A stretch of DNA of 64,000 nucleotides from Octopus sinensis (lineage: Eukaryota): NCBI RefSeq assembly GCF_006345805.1, contig NC_042998.1, positions 56,110,001 to 56,174,000 of the forward strand, read 5' to 3'. Positions 54,311-64,000 of this stretch are shown here, piece after piece (within the stretch, counting starts at the first letter, position 1; each line of letters opens with the position of its first letter). The notes beneath the pieces are model-generated. The model did not search any database. It had not been told where the DNA came from and saw only the letters and a program-made list of their open reading frames with translations. The translations under genes and the position numbers were made by a program.

Positions 54311-56557
54311 AAGCAATACTAATACGATTGCTGATAGAAATGATAATTTACAAATGCACTGAGGGCGATATATTGTCAGTCTGTGGATATTCTTGTTGCA
54401 TTCGTTTTAAGCTCGAATCCTACCGTCATTTACTGCTATTCATTCTTCTAAATAGGTATTGAGTTCCGGATAGTTGAATATATTCCCCTCTCCGCTCATT
54501 TGTCTAAGTTACAAATAATTGTCGTTATTATTGAGCTTCACAGAATCGGTTGAATAGCACACAAAATACTTCAAAATCAAGTCCTGTTTATATAATCTTA
54601 AGAATCACTGGATTTGCAGGACTGAAGCGGAAAGTTTTAATGCAAGGGAAATAACTGAATTGAATTATCTCCCTTGAGTTATAAATTTCTAAACTTCAGA
54701 AATGTAATAAAAGTGTGTGTGAGTGCGTGTGCGTGCGTGGGTGTGCGTGCATGCGTGCGTGCGTGCAGTTGTCCCTTGGTCTGCACTATAGATTGTCCAC
54801 GAGACTACGTACAAACCGAAATCATGTAAAACGAATTCGCTAATCAGTGATTTTATATTCAGTGCTCAGGTGTACTACAACTTATTGCAGCCATACAGAA
54901 GAAGGGACGGAAAGCAACTATACGTCAAATATGAAATAAAGATAGCAATGATAACCACAAGTGGCATGCACAGTATATATCACTCATACATACGTATCAC
55001 TCATATATACACGAACACACTCTGCCACTCATACATACACGAAATTGCTGCAAGCTCCATGCACAAACCATATTCTTAAGGACAATGGGATTATAGAGTA
55101 AACCCTCTCTTCATTGTTTTCGGGTAGAATATGACCTTCACAGATTTAAAACAGGGTGACAAATTTTGGAGGCTTCTTTCATTTCAATATTTTCATCTCT
55201 TCTTTTGTCACCGTTTCATTTTATTTCCTTTTATCAGCTCCTTTATTGTAATTTCAGTTACCTTATTTTATTGTCAGTTATTCTTTTATTAGCTTTTTTT
55301 TTAATACCATCTCATTGCATACCATTTAAATCATTTAGCAATTATTTTATCACCGTCTTTTATCTGCTAAATTAAATTTATATGTATAAAGTTTTTGTGA
55401 CATATTAACACCATTCTCCTCCCCGCTTTATTGTTTATCTGGAAGTGGCCTACAGATATTGCTTCGGGTGATTTCCTGTAAAGAAACACATAGAGACAAA
55501 CATCCTGCCTCATATGCACCACACCTACAAGCGTTCATATTTATAGGAAGAAATGTGATTATGAACTGTCTATGCTTTACTAAGATAATTTACATTAATT
55601 ATCTATCAGCCTGTCTGTCAATCAGTCAGAATATGCGACTAATAGAACGAGGGAAAAATTTGTGTGGTCATGGTCACGCGAGCTATTAGAAATAGCAACT
55701 AAATCTCAATCAACTCAAACCCTACCATCTTAAACAAAGTAATAAAACATTGGATAATAGAGAGCTAGACTCTTCTAAACAGATGGAATGGTCATATCAG
55801 GAAGACTTTCTCAAACATGGCTTATCTGATGTCATACGACAAAATTACATTGAACTATAATGCTTATTGTTCTGTTCGTTTTTTGTTGTTGCTCAGACCG
55901 CAGTTCGATTCTGATCACCCCTTCTTTTATTCTGACGCATCCCAGACTACGCTTTAATTATTAGAAGACTGTACTTATATATTATTATATTTTGTTTGAA
56001 TCTCACTAGAACCAACCTCTCCCATCACCCCCTCCAGTGTTGATAAGATAAACGCCAGTTATATGGTGTGATTTAAATGACAACACTGCACAAACCAATG
56101 TATCTCCCCCTTTTTTTAAATCTGAAGACAGTAGGATGTGATACGAAAGACTTGGCTATCATTTCCAGCAGGCAGATGAACCCTAAATAAGTTCCATCAG
56201 TTGTTGGGTTCTAACGTGACAACTAAAATTATTATTGCTAAATGACCGTCAAATATTAAGAATCTAGCATCGCTGGACCAGGTTCATCAAAATTATATTT
56301 TCAGAAATCAAATTAAGTATTTTGTTGGATCAAATTAGATTTTATTGAGTTTTGAATAAATCTTGAAATTAACTGTTAATGATTAGCATTTCAACAAGAT
56401 TCCTGAACTGCCTTCCTCTCTCTCATCAATCTAGAGGCCCTGTAAAATGTAATTGGAGTTGCCTCTCCACTTCTGTTTAACCCTTAAAAATAACAAATGA
56501 GGGCCGTACGTTTGTAGAGAAAGGACAGAGGCGACTGAATTAACCAAGGTGTATATA

Positions 56558-56795
56558 TATATATATATTTTTATTACCCACAAGGGGCCAAACACAGAGG
56601 GTACAAACAAGGACAGACAAACGGATTAAGTCGATTACATCGACCCCAGTGCGTAACTGGTACTTAATTTGTCGACCCCGAAAGGATCAAAGGCAAAGTC
56701 GACCTCGGCGGAATTAGAACTCAGAACATAACGGCAGACGAAATACGGCTACGCATTTCGCCCAGCGTGCTAACGTTTCTGCCAACTCGCCGCCC
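56558..56795 (-). mobile_element. young tRNA-headed SINE (family A) with 11-bp flanking direct repeat
   Basis: GGCGGCGAGTTGGCAGAAACGTTAG (A-box-like) ... GTTCTAATTCC (B-box-like) ... gtcgac body; aggtgtatata at 56547-56557 and 56804-56814. Confidence 0.85.
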
Positions 56796-57287
56796 TATTA
56801 TATAGGTGTATATAATCCCACGTGCCACTGTTTCTGCCACTTCAAGGCCTTACCTTGATTAAATCACTCCAAGACCTTGACTGATATTTGTTTTATCGGC
56901 CCAGGAAGAACAAAAGGTAAAGTCGACCGCGATGAGGATTTCGATTTAGGACATAACGGACCTGTTTAAAATAATTGTTTCTGATGTACATACAAGGTCA
57001 ACAATTTGGGAGATAGTAGAGGGTATTAGTCGATCAAATCTACCCCAGTTCTTGACTGGCACCTTACCTATCCCGGAGGGATGAAAGACAAAGTTGAACT
57101 CAGCAGGATTCAAACCCAGAACGTAAAGGGCTGTAACAAATACCGCAAGGCATCTTGTCCGGCACTCTACTGGTTCTCCCATTCACTGCTCTCTTCCCTT
57201 CTTTATCTTTTGAAAGTTCGTATTTAATTTAAGCAAAGTAAATAAATAGACGAAACACAGTAATTTTTTTCATGGTTTCTGAATAAC

Positions 57288-57293
57288 TTTATT
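57288..57293 (-). promoter_or_regulatory. candidate polyadenylation signal of NKY
   Basis: AATAAA on minus strand about 220 nt after the stop codon. Confidence 0.35.
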
Positions 57294-57513
57294 TCGTATT
57301 TTACTAAATTATTTGTAATTTAAATTGATGTTGCTTCTGCTTATTTCTGCTGCTGCTGTTGTTGATGTTGTCCTTGTTAATATTATTGCTGCTGCTGCTG
57401 ATGATGTTGTTGTTGTTGTTGTTGTTGTTGTTGAAGTTGTAATTTCTACAGTTGTAGTTAAAATTAGGCGTGTCAGTGTATAGTTCCATTTTGTTGTTGT
57501 TGTTTTTTTAAAA

Positions 57514-57906
57514 TTAACCATATCTAAAAACTGAAGGACCGCTATCTTCTTCTGATGAAGAAGGGAAAATCTTACTTCCGAACGATGGCACACGTCCATT
57601 GCTTCGACGATAACCATAATATGTATTCTTCTTCTGTAGCTGAGGCGATGAATCAAGCTGGTTGTCCAAATTGGAAGCCGATGGATAGTTTATATATCCA
57701 TTTGCCATACTCCTTTCTCGTAGGATGTTTAATAAGATATTAGCCAGAACATCTTTCGATGCTCTGGTTGTGTCTCGCTCTGTGCGAGGAGCTGCAATAG
57801 ATTGTGGTCGGTTGATCTGTTCGGGCTTCAACTCCGATGCAAGGCAGTAAAATACTAGCATTGAGGACGTTATCGAAAGTAGTGTTAATACCGTAATTCT
57901 AGGCAT
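57514..57906 (-). CDS. NKY: neuropeptide precursor, NKY (neuropeptide KY) family, 130 aa
   Basis: MPRITVLTLLSITSSMLVFYCLA signal-peptide-like N-terminus, spacer, KK, then NTYYGYRRSNGRVPSFGSKIFPSSSEEDSGPSVFRY-G-stop. The SFGS-x-I-x-P core, C-terminal RY and amidation Gly match lophotrochozoan NKY as I recall it. Confidence 0.8.
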   Translation of the reverse strand: MPRITVLTLLSITSSMLVFYCLASELKPEQINRPQSIAAPRTERDTTRASKDVLANILLNILRERSMANGYINYPSASNLDNQLDSSPQLQKKNTYYGYRRSNGRVPSFGSKIFPSSSEEDSGPSVFRYG

Positions 57907-57923
57907 GATCACAAACGGTGGAT

Positions 57924-57946
57924 CTGAAATATTGGAGAAGAAAAAA
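57924..57946 (-). promoter_or_regulatory. splice acceptor 17 nt upstream of the NKY ATG
   Basis: minus strand ttttttcttctccaatatttcag|atccaccgtttgtgatcATG. Confidence 0.7.
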
Positions 57947-58514
57947 GAAGCATTATAAAAGACATGTGATTGCATTAGGGAAAAAAATATACATATTCAA
58001 ATCTACGTTGAGCATCACTGTAAAATCATCAAAATAGAGTTGAGCAGTTACTAAACCTCCGAATTTTATATGGATTCCCAAAGGCCATATGGACGACGGT
58101 TGAGAACCACTGTTTTAGGCCGCAAACATTGGGACGTCAAGTCCGACAATAATGTTCTGTTCGATATTATAGCAACGTCGACAATGTATATCCACCTTCA
58201 TCATGATTTTAAAAATGATGATGATGATGATGATGATGATGAAATTGGTGGTATATAAACACACGTAATCACTACCTGCCTGCTTACCTACCTACCTACC
58301 TACCTACCTACATACATACATACATACATACATACATACATACCTACCTACCTACCAACCTACATACCTACCTACCTATCTACCTACCTACCTACTTACC
58401 TATATACATACATGCTTAATACATACATACATGCATACATACATACACACACACATACATACACACATATACACACATGCGTACATACATACACACATAC
58501 ATACATACACACAC

Positions 58515-58546
<32 letters not shown>

Positions 58547-58657
58547 GCATACAAAAATAACCTGTTGATGTTGATATTCTAATGAAGGAGCTTTGGATAT
58601 GGGTTAGAAACCGGCTCTTTCTCTATTGGCAAGAAATCTTGAAATATAACTGAATAA

Positions 58658-58694
<37 letters not shown>

Positions 58695-59392
58695 TAATAC
58701 ATACATACACACACACTCATACAACACAAATACACACACACATATACATAATACATACATACACACACAAACATATATATATACATACATAATACATACA
58801 TATAAAGGGGTGTGTGTGTGTATGAGCGTGTACGCGCGCGTATATGTATGTATGTTTGTATGCATGCATGTGTGTATGTATGTAACTGGCTTACAAAAGA
58901 GATAATACAGTACTATATTTGAAAAGAAAAACAAAAAAAAAACAAAAAACAAACTGGACTAACAACAATATGAAACGCGAACCTAGTCATCTTAGTGAAA
59001 ACATGTTAATATCAATATCATAATCCGGGTGAAGCAAATAATCGATGTAGGAGTCACATTTGTCATAAAGAAAAGTCTGTTTTCTGAGAACTACTAAGAC
59101 AAGAACGTCCACGCCCAGTTACATAACATAGAAAAATACATGAAGATAGAAAATAAAATCTTTCATCTCTCAAACATTAATGTAATCGTCAATGAAAAGA
59201 TACAAATGAATAAAAGGTTAAGAGAGAAAATACAGAAATATAACTTTAGAAAACCAAATATCCAGCGTAAATCAAAGAACGACTAAGATAACAGATATTC
59301 TTTAAATGGTAAAGAATTTATGATGAAAAGTAACAATCAATATAGTACCGGTTCCAGCACTAAGACAAGTAGAAAAAATTGGGAGGTAGGGA

Positions 59393-59556
59393 CACTAGCG
59401 TAGCTAGGTAGGGATGGTAGGGGTGGTCCTCCTCGAGAGGCACTTTTAAAGGGGCACTACATTTGAGTCTGCTGTAGGAAATACATTTTTTGTGGGATCC
59501 GGGGGCGGCAAACGGAAGGGCCGCCCCGGGCGGCATACACTGTAGCTACGCTCGTG
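59393..59556. mobile_element. 164-bp GC-rich MITE, hAT-like
   Basis: 14-bp TIR cactagcgtagcta / tagctacgctcgtg (13/14); 8-bp flanking duplication ggtaggga / ggcaggga (7/8). Confidence 0.75.
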
Positions 59557-59559
59557 GGC

Positions 59560-59815
59560 AGGGATTACCATTAATGAGAATGTTTAAAACAACAAATGTA
59601 GCGCTTGAACAATGTTGGGAAGGAGCTGCACACTTTGAACTAATCCGACGTGAGAGCCTTGAGGAAAAGAGACGTCAATGTCATCTCAGACTCACCAACA
59701 ACATAATGGGCAACTTCCCTTGTCATCTGTGTTCAAGGACATGCCATTGCAGGACCGGACTGTTTTAATAATAATAATAATAATAATAATATAATAATAA
59801 TAATAATAATAATAA
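59560..59815 (+). mobile_element. RTE-type LINE 3' end
   Basis: ...EEKRRQ...FPCHLCSRTCHCRTGLF* C-terminal Cys motif followed by (TAA)n. Confidence 0.7.
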
Positions 59816-60045
59816 TAAAATTATTGTATACAGTGCTCAGGTGCACCACAACTTGTCAGAAAGTGCATATAAAGTACATGCAGTAATGTAGAAATGTCTG
59901 GAAAGTGAACATGCTTGTGTGTGTATGGAGGAGAGAAAATCAAGTGTAGTGTTGGCGAATCTCAGGAAGCATGGAAGTCTTGAAGGATGCAGTGCTCCGA
60001 CAACTAACAACCGATGCCGGCAGTTTGTTCCACGCTTCAACTTAC
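59770..60045 (-). mobile_element. CR1/L2-type LINE 3' end
   Basis: VEAWNKLPASVVSCRSTASFKTSMLPEIRQHYT*, 3' UTR and (ATT)n tail. Confidence 0.7.
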
Positions 60046-60393
60046 AAAATGTAAGAAAAGACTCCTAGAGGACAACGTCGTCGTCAACTTTGACGGACAG
60101 CTGTAAGCAATAACAACTGAAGAGGGAGTTCGGATGCTACAAACACTGAATAACTGGAAGACACCTTAAAGAATTCAGAATTTTTTTGTGGAAATATCTA
60201 ATAGATAGCGAGAAGGTATTAACAAACATATTTAGTATTTACTGAGAGAACCAGAAACAATGAGGCAGAATCATCATAATCTGCAAGACCAAAGAAACAG
60301 CAAACTCCCAAAAGAAGAAACATATTATCGGCTTGCAAGCAGTATCTAGAGTTTTAGCTGTAATATAATATTGCAGAAGGAGAAGGCGGCACG

Positions 60394-60438
<45 letters not shown>

Positions 60439-60547
60439 ATGTATTATGTATGTATATACATGTATGTGTTTATGTATGTATTATGTGTGTGTATGTGTGT
60501 GTGTGATTATTCAGTTTTATTTAAAGATTTCTAGCCAAAAGAAAGAG

Positions 60548-60584
<37 letters not shown>

Positions 60585-63524
60585 CGGTTTCTAACCTACA
60601 TCAAAGATTCCTTCATTGAAGTTTAACATTAACAGGGTATTTTTGTATGTATGTTATGTATACACTAGGAAAAAAACGCTTAGCGGCATTTTGTCCATCT
60701 TCACGTTCTGAGTTCAAATTCCGCCGAGGTCGACTTTGCCTTTCATCCTTTAGGAGTCAATAAAATATGTACCAATTGAGTACTGGGGCCGATATAATCG
60801 ACTTAGCCCCTCCCCCGAAATTGCTGGCCTTGTATCAAAAACTGAAACCAATATTGCAGAGGGAGAAAAAACCCCCATTTGTCTTGCTTTCAGAAGAACG
60901 GTATGGTGTGATTTAGAGGCGAAACAATTACATCGTGGCCCTTTAAAACACACATATATATATACTGTAACACTCAAGTTTTGTTTTCGTATAGAATTAA
61001 TTGTATAATACTATAAAATACCTAAAAAATTTGTCGCATGTTTACGACCAGGTCACTGACGTTAGTCTACTGCATCTCAAAAGACCAATTCTTCCACAAA
61101 ATTTATCGACAAATTGAAGTATATAGATATTCCTTTCTACTATAGGCACAAGGCCTGAAATTGGGAGGTGGGGTAGTCGATTACATCGACTCCTGTGCTT
61201 AACTGGTACTTATTTTATCGACCACGATAGGATGAAAGGCAAATGTGATCTCAGCAGAATTTAAACTGAGAATGTAAAGACGGATGGAATGTCGCTAAGT
61301 ATTTTGTTCGGCGCACAAACGACTTTGCCAGCTCGTCGCCTTATCAAAGTATATAAATATTATCACAAAGGTTAAGTAAATATAACAGTTCCTCTGTTTC
61401 ACCACCAATTGTATGATTGCAAATGGTTTACATCTGAAATTAGTCCTTCAACTTTGAAGAGTTGAAAGCTGGTTTAGCCAAGTTACTAAACATAACAACA
61501 GACAAAGACTTGTATTTGGATATCGACGAAATAAAATGTATGAAGTATATTGATCATCGATATTCGATTGGTGTTTATTTAAATAAAGCTAGATCATCAA
61601 CATTACACTCCTTCATTGCAGTTGGTGAATAGTTGATGAGTTTGAACATGTCTCTGAAACTGAATTAAAAAGAAAAAAAAGAATTGATTTAAGTAATAAT
61701 GTACGGATTTACTGCATTTGTTTTCCAATATCGGTAAGGTCGTAGTCGTGTGGGGGGAAATGGTGCGCAGGCAACCCAGGTCTCTAATAGAACCACTCCG
61801 ACTTTTGTTTCTCATCTTTTTCTCTTTCCCTGTTTCACGTTGGTTCAACCCTCCAAATAAATTTAATGTGAAATCCAATATTGCCAAAAAATCCAAGCTT
61901 AACCCGATCCAGAAAAGTTTCCATAGTACACAATATTTCAGTCTTTTAACTGGTAAAATTTCAAGGCTAGCTATAGTTGCATAATAAAGAAGGGGAACAT
62001 TATCTCAGGAACTATGCGCCCCAAATCACCTAATAGACATCTCAAACCACGGCATAAACTAAAAAAAAAACTCGGTTACTAATTCTGTAGGAAATGGTTT
62101 GAATAATCTCGCCAACCTTGGGGGGTGGGGCAGTTGAGATTGTCAAAATAAAGAGTTATATCTCCTCGGGAATTTGTGCAAAGCTGATTCTACGATTTAT
62201 TGAGCTACGGTGTTAGTCACTGGAGACATACAACACCGTAGATCAAGTATCGAAATGTTTGGAGGTAGCTTTATAGTGAGTAGCTCATCTATAAGTTTAC
62301 ACTAAAATATGCAGACAAGAGAAACAATGCATTTTGAAGCCATAAAAACTACTTGAAGGATTACAATAGTGACAACTTTTATATCAGCCGGTCTGCATCA
62401 CACTTCGGCAACAAGTATACACTGGCGCATAGAATACAATGGCTTCGCATCAAAACAACAGATGCTGACGCTACCACCGTTGTGTCCTTGAGCAAAACAA
62501 TTCATTTCACGTTGTTCTAGTCTACTCAGCTGAAAATGAGCATCACTTGAGTGCTCTTTCTCCCTCCAGCTGTCATATCCTGGATGCATCGCTGGATTAA
62601 AGGGATAGTCGAGAGGGTTTCTGTGTCTGCTCCCGACTACATAGTCACCTAAAGCAATTAACGAAAACATTGTAGAGTTAGCTAGCCATACTCATTTGCA
62701 GGTGGCGGCTGGCTAAAAAAATGCATGTATGTATGTATGTATGTATGCATGCATGCATGCATTTACTTGCATACTTATATATGTGCAGCAAGCCCACAGT
62801 TTGCTTGTTTACCTTTAAATAGGTGCATATCACTGCATACGCTTGTTTTCTATAAGTGGTCACATGATCTGGTCACGCGAGGGGTTATACATCGATCTAG
62901 CCCTTCTAGCTTTACACTGGCTCTCATCCCATCACATGACAGACCAACCGAGCGCGGGAAATTTATGTCTATTCGCTGGAACCTACTGTCGGCTACACAA
63001 AGAGAAATTTTTTCACTATTTCTTGAGTGAGGTGGCTTAGCGAGGTCGACTTCGGCAGAGAGAAAGTTTGTTTCGGAGGCAGTCTCGGGTAGCCTTCGAC
63101 GCGTACCTCTGTTTCTTCCTCCAGCAGAAGCCATGTCATGTATTTGTTTTCATTTTCTACATCGCATACATCACCATGCACCAACTGCATGAGAAACCTT
63201 ATGTATATTTTCTGACAGTATCTTATAAGATGTATTCCATCAACTTTGCTTTTTAATGGGTTGAATAAAGCATTGCTTCTAATCCTCCTGCTTAGCTGTT
63301 TCTTCCTTTGTCTACATACACACGTATACTATATAAACCAGCTTTATCTATATACACACGTATACTATATAAAACAAGCTTTATCTATATACACGCGTAT
63401 ACTGGAAAACAACCGCGAAATATACATGTAAGCATGTAATTGAATGTAGCGGATCTGTATGTTTTGGCTTATATGTATGTCTACAAGTACAAACGTTATT
63501 ATGTCTGTATATGTGTGTATCTTT

Positions 63525-64000
63525 ACCAGGCCACCCCAGAAATATTTTACATATTTTCACAATTTCATTATTAATTTGTAATTGTAATTTCTAAACTAGC
63601 GGTGTCTCGCTGGCCTTGGAAGACCCAGCGTTTCAAGGCAGGTGCGGTGACGATTAATTACATGACCACAGTAACTTTCAAAGAATGTCAAATTGTTGCT
63701 GTTCGTATGGCAGGCACTTGCATAATGAAAACAGCCGAAATGCTTGGTGTCTCGAAAGTAATGACAGCCTTTGAGAAAGAGGTAAAAACCTCTCCGTCGA
63801 AACAAAACTCCAGAAGAAAACCAAAACTTTCAGATAGGAACCGTCGGACTTTCGAATTGTTAGACAGGCTCACAAAAGTACAGCTCCCAAAATTACTGCA
63901 GAGCTTAATGACCACCTCGAAAACCCAGGTTCCACAAAAACTGTTCGCCGGGAGCTGCATAAAGCCGGATTTCACAGGAGGGCTACCCTAATAACCGCAG
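63525..64000 (+). mobile_element. Tc1-like transposase N-terminus, frameshifted, runs off window end
   Basis: FKECQIVAVRMAG...KTAEMLGVSKVMTAFEKEVKTS..KQNSRRKPKLSDRNRRT, then ITAELNDHLENPGSTKTVRRELHKAGFHRR in another frame (Tc1/Tc3 HTH region). Confidence 0.85.

Noticed and set aside
57309-57656. 115-aa ORF overlapping the NKY end
   Set aside because: Alternative frame plus (AAC)n/(CAG)n repeats of the 3' UTR
57907-57975. Upstream Met giving a 153-aa NKY ORF
   Set aside because: The extension crosses a clear polypyrimidine tract and AG acceptor, so it is intronic; the Met at 57906 directly precedes the signal peptide
61718-61984. 88-aa ORF with a hydrophobic stretch
   Set aside because: Hydrophobicity comes from a T/C-rich tract; starts at TTG; no recognisable motif

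Overview
AT-rich, microsatellite- and transposon-dense animal DNA. The SINE families and repeat landscape look like a coleoid cephalopod, most likely Octopus (inference). Two genes are supported. (1) On +, the 3' part of a collagen gene: seven small phase-0 Gly-X-Y exons (9516-23353, 405 nt, 135 aa) ending in [19 protein letters not shown], the hallmark C-terminal motif of MACIT collagens (vertebrate XIII/XXIII/XXV, C. elegans COL-99). This is followed by a second degenerate copy of the motif, an in-frame stop-free hydrophobic 69-nt intron and several candidate terminal exons. (2) On -, a single-coding-exon secreted neuropeptide precursor (57514-57906) ending in ...SFGSKIFP...VFRYG*, matching the NKY family. 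Between and within them are many decayed elements: Gypsy pol, DD41D and DD34D mariners, Tc1, RTE and CR1-like LINEs, Penelope-like RTs, tRNA-headed SINEs and MITEs. The most unusual non-coding object is a near-perfect 332-bp palindrome (49104-49435) whose arms each carry a hammerhead-ribozyme core. There is also a 5'-truncated initiator tRNA-Met copy and a MITE-like element wrapping telomeric hexamers. Most ORFs in the supplied track are microsatellite artefacts. TE boundaries given are approximate.
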